DNA of 63,779 nt, the filler included, from Collodictyon triciliatum (taxonomy: Eukaryota): NCBI GenBank assembly GCA_043381765.1. It is 6 parts of 6 records of this genome, joined end to end, with 100 filler letters (N's around TTAATTAATTAA, not from the genome) between each part and the next. Parts side by side here need not be neighbours in the genome. Positions count along the whole stretch, not along the records: positions 27,023 to 38,802 come from JBHJMP010002314.1; positions 38,903 to 50,676 come from JBHJMP010002315.1; 4 more parts are not named here. One strand, given 5' to 3'. The translations under genes and the position numbers were made by a program. Below, in pieces: positions 36,390 to 50,776 of the stretch. The notes beneath the pieces were generated by a model, which did no database searches, was not told where the DNA came from, and saw nothing but the letters and a program-made list of their open reading frames with translations. Position 1 is the stretch's first letter. Each line of letters begins with the position of its first letter.

Positions 36390-36575
36390 AGGAGACTTGA
36401 TGAAATCAAGAGCCGAGAAAAATTCAAGCGGCCGGGAAAAAAACAGAAAGGCATGTAGTCTTTTCGTTAACTTGAAAAAAAAAAAAAGAAAAGGGAAGGC
36501 GGGGAGTATTGGTGGAAGATTGATTTATTGAGGTTATGCAAAATCTCAGGGGATGGCTAATCCTACTGAATATTT

Positions 36576-38566
36576 TCATTGTCGAGCGGCAGCGGTCTAC
36601 GGTCAAATGTAGGCTATTAAGAAAATATGACAGTGAATCAGATGCACATATTTTAAGCTATCACTCTTCTTTCTTTCTTTTCGCTATACCGAAAACCAAT
36701 GTCCATCGATAGTATTGGGCATTCGCTGTATGGGAAAAGAAGAAAAAGAAAAAGAAGGGAAAAAAAAAAGGCACCTCGTCTCTCGGACGCGCCTCTCCAA
36801 AAGGATTCGACCGTGGCCTTGCGTAAGAGATAATGGCGATGATAAAATAATGGGCGCGGGTTTAATTATTATTAGGGTAAAGTCGATGTGAAAACGAAAA
36901 GGTACGCACTTTCTCTGGAAGGTTTCCCTGGTTTCTTGGCTCCGTGAGTCTGAAGCGCTGCATTATAAAATTCATCTTACTTTTGATAATTTGCTTCATA
37001 GAGCGAAGAGGAGGTGAAAGGCTGCTATATGTGTATCTTAGTATATGTTCAGTGCTCGTAAAATCATCACGAACCCTTTCCATGACCCTTGTTCAGGTTT
37101 AGGGCGTTCGTCGGCTTCGGTGGGTCTGCAGATGGATAAAAATAAATAATGATGTTGGGATGTGAAAAGGGTTTGATAATCAAGGCATCAGAGGGTCATA
37201 TGCATGTCAAAGTATATCGTTGTGCACTTCCAGTTGTAATTTATTTAGAAATTTATTTTGGATGGTTTGAAAAGGGTGTGTGAAGCATTTTTAAGAAGTG
37301 AAGGACTGTATACCGTCTCCAAGAACCTTCTTCAGTGGCTTGTCGTGGTTCGCTTCCCTGTCTGCTCTCCGGTCCAAAAGATCTTAAAAGATGGAATATG
37401 AGCATTAGTTCAGTATTACAAAATAAAATATGAAGTAATTATCAAACATTAGAATATTACCGCCCAAAGTTTCCAAAGCGGGGTCTCTCACGACTGAGTC
37501 ATATATGAAGGGGGGATTGCACGATTTAGTAATGGGCATCACACAATGTGGCTGATAGTTAAGTAAAAATACCCGAGTAGAGGACATATTCGTTGAATGC
37601 GCATTAAATCGAATAAATCTTTCTATGCATGGTATCAATATGTTCGCCGACAATTATCGTAAACAGGTAGTAACTTACTCTCCATCCTCCCTCCGAGGGC
37701 GGCTCTCCTCGTCACGGCCTTGAATTGAATGAAATAAGTGTTTGTGTATTAATGGAAAAGTGAAAATAACTCGTCTACGTAGATAAATCCTTTGCGTATT
37801 ACCATTTTTCCTTTCAATTATAGCAATATGGTGAGTTTTGGTGATGATTTGCTAGCCAGAATAGAGGGAAACATCTACTGAGTTACAAAAATTAAGCCAT
37901 TGATATACCTCGGAATCCACCCTCCGATCGAACACGTGGAGCTTCCTCAGTTGGAGTTGGCACAATTCGAGGCATCGATCTCCAATCATTCTGATATTGT
38001 GTCTCAATTAAAAAAACATGGCAGTAAACATCCAAAAATGTCGGATTACGAATATAACATAGTTAAAATTATCGAGGTGTGTTTTCTTACGGCATCATCA
38101 GCCTCTGTCCGTGCAATCGCTTGTGGTTCATTCATTCAATTGCGTATTTATGGTTAGAATTATGTGGTTTAGACAGGTTACAAAAACATATAAGCTTAAG
38201 AATCATCTCATAACAATATATGGTACAGTTCACTTTTTCAAGAGAAGGTACAGTAGCAACCCCAAAAAGAAAAAACACCCATCCATCAGAAGATATTTGA
38301 ATAATAAATACCTGGGCGTTGGGGAGGCTGGGGTGCATCCCCTTGAACACTAGGTCCCTCCCTGTTTCTGCGTGCAGCAAATCCACCAAAACCCTCTGTA
38401 GGGCGATCTGCTGAATTTGGACTTTCCCTCCAGTTGAAGGGTTCAGCAGGTCGCTCCTGAGGAACGGGGTTTGTCGTGGCAGCAGAGTCCCTTCCCCATG
38501 ACCGACGTGAGTCATCTCCAAAGTTAGAAAATCGGTTGTATCCTTGGCTCTCTCTCGGCGGCGCCT
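36576..38566 (-). CDS. eIF4B-like R/G/E-rich region, 5'-truncated
   Basis: Short phase-consistent exons: YNRFSNFGDDSRRSWGR, FNWRE, EADDA|NDWRS, GSWRR and PRSNPFGEARPRDE. NPFG.ARPR and AD...W are eIF4B-type motifs. The 5' end is lost at the linker; the 3' end is ambiguous (see findings). Confidence 0.65.
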
Positions 38567-38683
38567 CTTGGAAGCGAGGGACGCACATTTAGATAACACG
38601 GTGATAACAAAAATATATGGTTCATAAGAACATATAATACATAAATGTAAATATTGAACAATAGAAATATAGATTTATAGTAA

Positions 38684-39000
38684 TACATACATACATACAT
38701 ACATACATACATACATACATACATACATACATACATACATACATACATACATACATACATACATACATACATACATACATACATACATACATACATACAT
38801 ACNNNNNNNNNNNNNNNNNNNNNNNNNNNNNNNNNNNNNNNNNNNNTTAATTAATTAANNNNNNNNNNNNNNNNNNNNNNNNNNNNNNNNNNNNNNNNNN
38901 NNCAAAAAAACAAAAAAACAAAAAAACAAAAAAACAAAAAAACAAAAAAACAAAAAAACAAAAAAACAAAAAAACAAAAAAACAAAAAAAACAAAAAAAA
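38684..39000. repeat. (ACAT)n and (CAAAAAAA)n flanking the third linker
   Basis: Directly visible. Confidence 0.95.
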
Positions 39001-39082
39001 AGAGGAAAGAAGAAAAAGCGCACCCCTCTCTGTTTTAGGTTCTGCTACCTAAACACAAACTCCATTTTTAAAATGCAACAAG

Positions 39083-42000
39083 GTTTATGAAACAACAGAA
39101 CAGCCCAAAGTTGCCGTCGACGACCTTCATGTCACTATGTACGAAGGGCAGATCACTGCTTTATTGGGCCACAATGGTGATTTTCAATATCAAATATAGG
39201 CTATAATTACTCGTTCTTAATTATGATAATAATAGTGATTATTATTACAGTCATGGTAATGGATATGATTATTATCAATATCAATATTGCTACAAGTTAT
39301 TCATTTAAGTTTTTTTTCTTGGTTATCTAGGTGCGGGCAAGTCCACTACAATTGCTATGCTTAGTGGGCTCTATCCCCCAACAGCAGGAGATGCTTTTAT
39401 GAACGGAAAAGTATGATACTTACACCACCACTTTTTATAAAATAAATCTATTGTGGAAATGGTGAAGCACTGCGAACGATATTGTAATAGATGAATTTTT
39501 TTCCACATGATACCTTATCGAAATTAAGAGTATTGTCCGTGAGATGCCCGCAATTCGCCGCAGTCTGGGTGTATGCCCTCAGGTATCGAAACTTTTTCTT
39601 TATTTGAATACAAAAATGTAGAATGTTCAATACTTAAAAAAAAACAGCCTTTTCCACGATAATTTAAATTCCTATTTGGTAGCATGACATCCTTTTCGAT
39701 AACCTGACTGTGTTTGAACATCTCTGCCTATATGCTGGACTTAAAGGAATGGACAAAACATGCGTAAAAATCTTTCCGATCAAAACTTGTGTGTATATAA
39801 TTATCTTTATTTTAAATGTATTTATTACCTATTAAATTTCACTGGTGCTGACAAAGATTGAAGAAGAGGTTCACAAGAAAATTCAAGAGGTTGGCCTGGT
39901 TGACAAGACCAATACGTATTCGATGGTAGAGCAACTCAGTATATAAAAGTTCACTTTTGGGTTGTCATTAGCTTGTTGATACCCCAGAAATATTAGCATG
40001 TGGTAATCGTGTATCAATATGGCCTTATGTTATATTTAAAAACCAATAGGCTTTATCTGGAGGCATGAAGCGCAAATTATCGATTGCCATCGCTCTGATT
40101 GGTGATTCAAAGATAGTTATTTTGGTAAGATCCACAAAATCGCAGTCAAGTGGCTTCTATATTGCATAATTGTCTGATCTTTTCGAAAGTCCAATTCTCA
40201 TTAAATTCATACAGGATGAGCCAACATCCGGAATGGACCCTTATTCACGCCGTGCTACCTGGAAGCTTCTTCAAGTTCATAATACTTTCACAGATGCAAT
40301 ATTCATACAAGCTCTTACTTCTGAAAAATATGGCTTATCTGCGTTTCATGCTGATTTAAACAGGAAAACAAGGCCAATCGCACGATGATTCTTACCACGC
40401 ACTTCATGGACGAGGTTATCCTCATTTATTATCCTTTTAATAAGAAAAGTAGGATACGCAATGTTATCATACATAGACCAAAAATGAAGGTCATGCATCC
40501 TCGAGATAATCTTCTCCCACAAAACCCCATACTGATATCTGAAAATGAAACATAGGCGGACTTACTTGGCGACCGTATCGCAATTATGTCTCGAGGTCAG
40601 CTGAGATGCTGCGGGTCATCATTGTTCCTGAAGGTAAATCATTCTGGAGTATCTGATTTCAAACGAAAGGAAATCTTTCCCTAAAATTTATTATCATTTG
40701 CGACTAGGCCAAGTATGGTGTTGGTTACAATCTTACAATCGTCAAAGAAGAAAACTATGCCCATGAAAAAGTATCTTCATACATTGGTACATGCGTTCCT
40801 CAAGGTACGAAAAAAAAAAGGCGAAAGCCGAAGTCACTACTAGCAAGGAGCATGATAAGGAACTAATTATATGGTTTTCCTCATCAATTAATAATATGAT
40901 ATTCTCCCCTCGACAGCGAAAATCGTCAGCAATGCCGGTGCGGAAGTGGTCTTTCAGGTAGTGGAGAAAATCTCCGTTCATATCTATTACCTAAAAGTTG
41001 TTAAGACTATTTATTTTTGGAGTAATTATTCGTTTGTATAATTACCTCTTTTTTTTTTTCAAGTTGCCAATGGCAAGTGTCGACCGTTTCCCTGATATGC
41101 TGGAGACACTAGAGTCCCAAAGTGATTCATTAGGTATCCGAAGCTATGGAATTTCAGGTTCTGATTCGATATTTTGAGGTTCTATATATCGTAATAATTT
41201 ATTTTTCGACTCTACAACCTCAATTCTTTACTCGCAAAATCATAACGTGTCTATGAAACATAGTGACCACTCTGGAGGAGGTTTTCATGAGATTGGCTCA
41301 AAATGAGCATGAGAGTGACGAAAGTAGAAAGGCAGACGCAGAAAAGAAACAGGTTTAAAGGAAAATATTCAAACTGAGTACTATCAAAGCCTAAACCTAT
41401 GAAAATTTAACTCAATTATTCGAATGTGATATATCTCTATTTTCAGGAACTTGTGCGTTATCGTAGTTCTGTCAACATTGCATCACCGTCCAAATTCGTT
41501 CCGATGAATGTAATTTTTTTTTTTTTTTTTGCTGTTGAAAATAACTAGTTTTGTGTCACTATCGTACTTGTAGATCATCACACAGGTATTCTCATAAGAT
41601 TAAATCTCATTAGGTCGCTCATGAAACACAATCTACCAGCAATCTTAAGCCAAGCAGGTTTGTAATTCATTGAATGTTAGAATAAAATTTATCGTTTAAA
41701 CAAACTTTGAGCTTTCATACCGATTATAAACCATATCTCAACTAATTTTTTTTTTTTTTACATTTATCATCTAGCTTATCGGTCTTTGTGATCCACTTCC
41801 AAGCTATGTTTAGGAAGCGCGTATGTATAGGAAGCAGGGACAAAAAATCAATTGCCATCCAACTTTTTTGTAAAGAAACTTTCATTTTCATTTTTATACG
41901 AAATTTTCTTCGTGTACATGAACTATTGGTTATTTTTCGTTAATATCTATTCAATAATGAAAAATCATATAAATAATCCATATATTTACAACCTAGTACC

Positions 42001-45000
42001 CGTCATCACCATAATAATTGGCTTGGCGCTTTTGAGCATAGATAACAACACAGATCAAACCATACTTACCCTAGATGACAACGTTTTCCAAAGTCCTTAT
42101 GCGATTCTCTATAAGTATACATTTACATCTGTTACTATACATCATTCTACAAAATAATATCTAACTTATCACTAGTAATGGAGCTGAGCAGGATAGATAC
42201 ATGGAATCTTACTTGAGCGACCTTTTGTCCGATGTAAGTGAAGAAAATCTGTTTTTTTTTTAAAAAAAGAGACTAAAAAAGGCTGAGACTGAATACCAAA
42301 TACACCTATCAATATAGTTGGCTAAGAATTGTCAAATTAGGAGTTGTACTCTGCCCCGGTAAATGCATCAGCGTCAGAGATGAGCAGATACATCCTAGAT
42401 ACCTTCGATATATATGCTGCCAAATCTAGACCCGGTTCTTTTTCCTCCTTGAAACCTAGTTTCATCTTTGCATATGTTTTGTCCTCCACTTGGTGAAATA
42501 TTATGAATATTCTGTAAAACGCACACACTTCTGTGTCAAAAAATACTTTGGAGAACACTTGTAGTAAAAAATTGTTCTATCACCGAACAGGGGCATATAT
42601 ACTCGAAAATACCAGCTTTGGCGAAGTCTCTGAATACACCTACACTATATTGTACAACCAAACGCAGTATCACGCATTACCTGCTCTTAACAGCTATATG
42701 GTCAACTCCATTATCCGAAGCTTAAACAGTAGCTTCAAGATTACTGCTCAAGTCCAAGCATTCCCATTAACAGGTATCGTTGTCCTCGATGAGATTTTAT
42801 ATGTTTTATATTTGGTTTTTGAAAAGATTATTTCTAAAAAAAAATCAACCAATCCATAGACCGAGAAAAAAGCTATATTGATGGAGTTTTAGCAATTATC
42901 GGTATGAAAAAATTACAAATGATTGGATAAGCTTTCCATAAATCATACCTGTGCGCATTTGAAAGTATTGTAAGGGGTTTCGAGCTAATTTATTTGCATT
43001 TTTCAAACAGCGTCTCTGTTCGTCATGATTGCCTATTGCATTCTGGCTGCACAGTTTGCTGTTTTCATTGTGAAGGAGAAAGAAAATAAAGCCAAACATG
43101 TTCAGGTTTGTTTTTCTTCACATTAATTGGGCTGTATATCGATCAAGGACGTTTCTTTGTTAGGACAGCTTGGCCAATAATCATTTGGTTTTTTTTATGT
43201 AGTTTGTAAGTGGCGTAAATGTGTATTCCTATTGGTTTGCATCATATTTATGGGACATCATTTCCTACACGGTAATATTTCATCAAACTCTGCCAATAGA
43301 TGTTAGGTGTCTATATGAGTCTTATCGATGCTCAAACTAATCGTTTCATTTGTAGACGTATATAAATAACCCTATGGAAATGCTAAAAAAAAATTTATTA
43401 TTAAATAGATGACTGTTGCTTTGACGATGCTCATATTTGTTGCTTTTGATAGAACTGAATTTATTGGTGACAGTGAACGTTCATCAGGTAATGTAAAAGT
43501 AGTTTGTCGATGAGCTCAGGAACTTGAATTAAAAGGAAAAGTTACTTTCTAAACTCAATTTTTTTTAAATAATTCACATGTCCTATCATCCACACCCTGT
43601 TCGACTTGCTGACTATCATGTCTCTTAGCCACATTCGTCTTGTTCTTTATGTACGGCTTGGCTGTGATTCCATACACTTACTGTCTGTCTTTCTTCTTCA
43701 CCAACCATTCATCGGGTACGCAGCAAATCACTATAGGAGTTTTGTAACAGTTTATGTGTAAAAAATAAATACTACGTACTCTAAAATGTTTACATTATCC
43801 AAAAAGTAATAATTCACATATGATTAGCTCAAAATGTATTGCTGATGATGAATTTCATCTTCGGGTTCGCCACTGTACAAGGTGATTCATTATTCAATTT
43901 ATAATATATGATTTCTTATTAATTTCTTATTCGTTTTCAGTTTCACCCAAATATGCCTCATTTATGCATTCATCGCAGCAAATTTTATTCTGTCGATCAT
44001 ATCTTCGACGAGGGATATCAACAAAAGTCTTGTGTACATTTACAGACTGTTCCCTCCTTTCTGTCTTGGAGAAGGAATCATCCAGGTCACATTCTCATTC
44101 GACATCTCATATCTTTTATAATTACAGATAACAAAACGTTACATCTATGACTCTGATATTGATATTGTTGCTAAATCTCCTTTAGCTCTCTGTAAGCGAG
44201 ATTTGTAAACTTACTCTGAGCGAATCGAGGTGTAAGCCCTTTAGTATTCACAATGCCGGGCAAGATATGGTCTGGTTGACGGGTCATGCAGTGTTCTTCA
44301 CTCTTCTTTTGCTCTTTTTGGATACAAATGAACACTTTGTCTCAAAGTAAATTTGAAATGGATTGCATTCAATACGAAGTCTATCATCTTCGATACTCAT
44401 TTAAATTCTTTCTTTTCCTTCTTTCATTTCTTTCGCTGATATCCTGATTATTTTTATATGGTAGGATTCTGGATAAATTCCGTAAATTCCCGCCATATGA
44501 CCCTCGCGTTAATATGGATGATGACGAGGACGTCCGCGCTGAGCGTGAAAGGGTTGAGACCGAAGAATGTAATGACTCGATTACAATTCGCAATCTCCGC
44601 AAAGTTTACGGAACCCGCGGAAACTCGGAGCCAAAAGTATTTTCCTTACGCTTTTGCCTTTACAGCTGGTTCTTTTTATTATTTTTTTATTAAGTATATA
44701 TTATAGTTATATCGATAGCGGATTATTATTGTTCTAATTTCCCAAATTGTTTCAAAATGATTCTGGATAATATGAAACATGAGTTCGATGACTCATCCAA
44801 AATTCAAAAAAAAGGTTGCTATTCATGACACAAGTTTGGGAATTCCCATGGGCGAGTGTTTTGGACTACTTGGAATCAACGGGGCCGGTAAAACGACGAC
44901 GCTGAGCATTCTGTCTGGTGACTTTCTTCCGACTTCTGGAACCGCTCACTTGAATGGCATGAACATCTTTAATGAAATGGTTCGTTAGTTTTCTCATAGA

Positions 45001-47047
45001 TTGTAGAAATGGAGACAAAAATAATTTACTTTCGCGGTGTTTTTGGAGGATTAGAGTTGTAAATTACATTGCATTTAGCCTGAAATCCGTCGAATCATGG
45101 GGTATTGCCCTCAATTTGATGCAATTCTTGACTTAATGACCGGCCGTGAGCATCTGGAGATGTATGCTCGCCTCCGTGTAAGTCCATGAGCATTAGATAT
45201 ATAAGCCCGCAAGATTGTCCTTTTAATTACATATACCTTTTGTATGGATTATTGGAATTTTTTTATAAATATGTTGAATATCAGGGAATCCCGCCAGAAG
45301 AGATATCAAAGGTTGTCGAGTCCACAATCAAGCAAATGGACTTGGAGCAGTTTGCAGGTTTATAATATAAACTAGACAGGAACACAGCTCGTCTTAAATT
45401 TGTTATCTTTTTAATAAATGTTATTTTTCTCCGCACCGACGAACCATTTGGAACGTATCTTCAATACAGGCAAGGCCGCTGGTTCTTACAGCGGAGGGAA
45501 CAAGCGCAAACTGTCTGTTGCAATCGCACTGATTGGAAATCCAAAGATTGTGTTCTTGGTATGTTCAAATTTATATAGACAGGGCGTGATGCAAAGTGAC
45601 ATAAACTCATTGCGATGATGGATGACGAAATCGGGTCCGAAGTGGCGGTGAAACACATCAACAAAATATATTCTCTGTTTACTTTGACCATATTTTCTTA
45701 ACACACTCCTGCAGGATGAGCCATCAACAGGGATGGACCCAGTTGCTCGCCGCTTCATGTGGGATATCATATCATCCACCATGGCTGGCCGTTGTGTTAT
45801 TCTTACTACCCACAGGTACTGCAGTTACGTAGTTTTACTGCTGAATCAACAGCAAATACTTCCCATCAAATTCTTCTTGAAACCTCCAAAGCACACCTCT
45901 GATTCATTTGTAAGTCCTATTTTAAAATACATCATTACTTACCCGCATAGCATGGAGGAGTGCGAGGCTCTCTGCAACAGGATTGGTATTATGGTTGGAG
46001 GCCGAATCAGATGCCTCGGAAGCGCTCAGCATTTGAAATCGAGATTCGGCACGGGCTACCAAGTCTGTGTTTCTCTTCTTAAAAAATATATTACGCGTTC
46101 GTCAAAGTAAGAACTGGTACCATTCATTTAGGGAGATTAATTATTTTTTTTTATTGTTTTTAACCATAAGATTGATATCTCATCGGAACTGGAGACAGTC
46201 GAAGACGTCAAAACCTTCATGACATCAACATTTCCAGGTGCTCGGCTTCTTGAATGGCACGGAGGGAACGTGAAATACGACGTGCCTCGGTATGGAATTG
46301 TCTTTTTATATTTTATTTATTTTTATCTATTTATCTATTTATCTATTTATCTTATATTTATCTATATAGTTAGATAAATATAATATCATCTATTTTTATT
46401 TTTATTCTTATTTTTATTTTATTTTATTTTTATTTTTATTTTTATTTTTATTTTTATTTTTATTTTTATTTTTATTTTTATTTTTATTTTTATTTTTATT
46501 TTTATTTTTATTTTTATTTTTATTTTTATTTTTATTTTTATTTTTATTTTTATTTTTATTTTTATTTCCTTAAATACAAGCGATGGGGGGTAGAGTGAAA
46601 CTTTGAAATAATATATACCCAAGACAAGGGAGGGAAAACTAATAGGAAAAAATTTCATCAGCCAAAAACTGAGTCTGTCAAACATGTTCCGCACCGTCCA
46701 GCAAGCTCGTGAGAGGCTTCACATCGTCAACTACGCCATCTCCCAGACTACATTGGAGCAAATCTTTATCAGCAAGGTTTGCCAGCCTTCCAAACGAATC
46801 CCTCGATCCATCTCCTTTTTTTTATTTGCACGTCTTTAAAAACGGCGTATTATGCTGTCCTCTGCACTACCCTGATTGGCTCTGCGCACTGTTTCATTTT
46901 CAAATGTCTCAATTTTTTTATTCATTAGTACGTTCCTCTATTTAAATCCACTTTCTTTGACAAGTGATGGAGATATCAGCTGCTAAACCCCTTCGTCTGA
47001 TATAATAGGCGCGTTCCAATGATTCTAGCCAAGAGAAAGTCGAATAA
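39083..47047 (+). CDS. ABC transporter subfamily A (NBD1-TMD2-NBD2), 5'-truncated
   Basis: More than 30 short exons. NBD1: [43 protein letters not shown]2: [15 protein letters not shown]2: [37 protein letters not shown]-terminus [10 protein letters not shown]. Stop TAA at 47045-47047. Confidence 0.97.
46390..46566. repeat. (TTTTTA)n intronic microsatellite
   Basis: Directly visible. Confidence 0.95.
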
Positions 47048-47802
47048 CCGCAACGTTTGACAAACCCTCTACTTGTTACAGAATAAATAAAGGAGAAAAA
47101 ACCATTTTTCTGGGTTACTTTCCTGAACGAATTTTAAGTTGCAACAAGCCTTGCGTGGTGGCTCTGCGTTTTTTTTCTTTTTTTAATTATCAGCGCCAAG
47201 GTTGTTTTAATTAAAACCAACTCGTGTGTGGACACACATTTGCCGTATATCCTTGTTTTAACATGTGCAAATTTTTAATTATTTATTATTATTATTATTT
47301 TGCATATATCGTTTGCTATTGGTATACAATCTCATGTGACACGTCCCTCAAAAAAACCGTGCTCCATTTCTTGTTCATTCAAAGAGAGATTCATGTCATT
47401 ATATTTCCTGTTCACTTACCACCGCCGAACACCGCGTTTTCCTCCCTTGCTCTCAACAGCACTATCACATTTGTAAAGCGAAATTACAGTTTTTTATTTG
47501 CATCAATTTGTAATCCGGTCATAAGCTGTAAGTTTGTCTATTGAACATATCGAAGACAATCTGCACATATAGAAAGCGCGCTTGGGAAAGCGTATTTCAG
47601 ATATTTGAGACTGAATTTTTTTTTAAGTATTGTTTCATGTATGGTTGGTGTTTGACCTCGCAACTTATGACTCAAGTAAGTCCTGTATCCTTGCTGAGGG
47701 TGTCTCTTTAATCGAAGTTGAAATGAAATGAAAAAAAAAATAGCAGCAAACCAGAAGTCTGCTGAAGCATTTATTTATGATTGATGTAAAAATACTCAAT
47801 AG

Positions 47803-50025
47803 CTAGACAGCCTCTGCCTTGCTGTACTCAATACGAGATGCGTAGATGAGGGAGATGAACGTGAAAATCGGAATCCATGCCATCGTCATCAGATTTTGAG
47901 ACAATAGAGTGCAAGGGGTATCATAGAGGTGGATATTCATGGGCAACCTGAGGTAGTACACTTCAACAAACAATGATAGAAGGTCAACCACATAGGAGAC
48001 GAGAAATAAAATGAGAGGATTTTCTACTCCGACTGTCAAAACTCGGTACACGTCAGAGTTTCCAAACTCTTGTATGTTCTCATCGTAAAAAATTCGGTAT
48101 ATGTTTAAGGTGGTTGTCGATATGTAAGTTCCTATCAGTAAGAGTCTGAATTCACTTCTTTGATCAGCCCACACAGTCAATGCCTGTTTGTGTCGCGCGT
48201 CGTCAGGTATCACAGTATGTATGCCATTAGCCGACAGAGAAATCGTTGATGGCTCCTCCTGATTGCCTACCGAGGACCCGCCTATTCCCAGCATTCGTTT
48301 TAATTTCATTAAGGCTGTGTATCGAAAGTTATATGATGCTCGTGTGGAAAACTCCATCAAGCCCGCGATAAACCCGAACAGAAGTGTATATCCCATGGAT
48401 GTGATATCTCCTTTACCTAAAAGTATTGATTTTTTTTTTTTTTAAAAAAAAGGATAAGTAATGCTTGGCTAACTTATGGAAAGAATTTAGGAATACAATA
48501 ATCTTCCGATATATGTAAACATGCCTCCTGAAATGCTCGATATCAAACCCACAAGGAGAATTCGATTTAATAGCACCATGGGAGTGGCAAATATTGTTGT
48601 TATGATGTATCTCACGCTCGCATAGTGCGGTGGTAGATGTGAATACATGACCTTCAGAATGAAACGATGTGACACAATGATCGCTGGGAAGGCTACAAAA
48701 CGAATATAAAATGCCTGACTGTTCTTGATGGTAAATGTATCTTCTTTTTCATCCTCCATTAGACTATTTCCTTTGAAATCGTGTTTAACCACAATTTGAA
48801 ACAGATAAATCATGGGCACCAAAGACACGATAGAGAAAGCAACTGAAAGAGGAGTAAATATTGGGGTGGCATCTTGCAGTAAAGTGAACGGGACTGGGTT
48901 GTCTTGGCTATCGTCTTTTGCGTCCCCTCTTTCTTTGAGGGTCACAATTAGTAAAGGCCACAGCAAAAAGAGCACAGCGCCCAAAATGAGAAATATATTA
49001 TCATCTGTGTACACAGAACCCATCGTTTTGGTTGCCCAACGACCAATAAGAATAGGTGATATGCTCATTAGAACTATCATAAAGAATATCATTATCGGTT
49101 TCAAATGCTCTTTGAACAGCATCTTGAATACTATTACTGCTGCAAAGAAGTAGAAAACAGGGCTCATGGACAGAGCCACAAGAAATATGATGTATTCATC
49201 CCATCCCCGAATCCTCAAAACAATCAGTGTGATGCAAAAAACAATGCACAGTAAGACAGAGGGGACATCCATCAACATTTGAACAATGTGCATCTTGAAT
49301 GCCAACACCAAACACTCACCAAAGGATTCGTTGGCATGAATGTCTTTCTTCTCTTTCAGGAATTTTCTAGCGTATTCTTGCTCATTTTGTTCATCGTCCC
49401 GCCTATTTTATACAATTTTTATTTATTTATTTCCACATTCATATACCAACATATGCACATGTTACAATCCAAACCAACATCGTTATTACTATCCTGAGAT
49501 TTCGTATCATCTGTTATGTATTGCTTTCATCAAACAAGGTATATATGAATGAATTTTCTTTTCTCGTGTGCATGCGTGCAAATGTCAATACCATAGGTCC
49601 ATGCGGAGCGAAAACACCCAAGCAAGCAGGTCATAATATCTTGCAACCGCACTCAACCCGCAAAATCCGCTGCAGTCCGCTTTCCTCTCAGCCTCCTCTT
49701 CCACAACCTGTGTTCTCTGGGATGTGCTTTGGCCAGACGCAGAGTCTGGATATCCTCCGTCCCTGACGAACCCCCGTGCAAGAGGCACAATTGACAAATG
49801 GGTTTGAACCGGGACGTGTGATGCGATGCCTGTTCGCTCTCTGTGTGCGGCTCCAAGCGGCATCATCTCCAGAAACCCCGGATTCTGCGGACGGGAAAGT
49901 CCCACGCCGACGCCGGAGTCGAATGTCGCTGCTGTGCTGACCGGCGCAATGGCCTCGGCGGAGGAGAACGGAGGGTTATTTTGGGATTGCGGTTGCGGTT
50001 GCGGTTGCGGTTGTGGTTGTGTCAT
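47803..50025 (-). CDS. Hypothetical multi-pass membrane protein (3 exons)
   Basis: Exons at about 50025-49592, 49403-48525 and 48416-47803 join in frame. (PQ)n N-terminus followed by roughly 10-12 hydrophobic segments. No family recognised. Confidence 0.75.
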
Positions 50026-50631
50026 CTCCGTCGCCTACAGTTGAAACCTGTGATCTCGTTGTTACTGTCAAAATTGTATTCTGTCGCTTGCATTGTTTCC
50101 TCTGTTGTTCTTATTACTTCAATGTTTTATTGGTTTTTATTGTTTTTTCATTATTTTTTAAGGTTTTTTATGGGGTTTTTATGGGGTTTTTATGGGGTTT
50201 TTATGGGGTTTTTATGGTTTTTATTCTTATTATTCTTATTATTCTTTTTATTCTTTTTATTCTTTTTATTCTTTTTAGTCTTTTTATTCTTTTATGGTTA
50301 TTATGGTTTATATGGTTTTTATGGTTTTAAGATTTTTATTGTTCACAACTTGGCATGTGATTGTTCGACTTCATAGGGAAGCATAAGTTTATATACTTAT
50401 TATTGAAAATGTATAAAGTACAATTTATTTGGTATATTGACCTTACTATTCTTAAATATTGCAACAAAATATTATAATATATTAAATTCCGCAAATAAAT
50501 ATATGATATGGAACTAACAGGACATCAAACTTGGCATGTAGAAGCACAACAGAAATCTGAATCCAACATTGCTGACTCTCTTTTGCATAGAAATGATTTG
50601 CAACGGGTGCGCTGCGACATGAAAAAAAAAG

Positions 50632-50676
<45 letters not shown>

Positions 50677-50776
50677 NNNNNNNNNNNNNNNNNNNNNNNN
50701 NNNNNNNNNNNNNNNNNNNNTTAATTAATTAANNNNNNNNNNNNNNNNNNNNNNNNNNNNNNNNNNNNNNNNNNNN

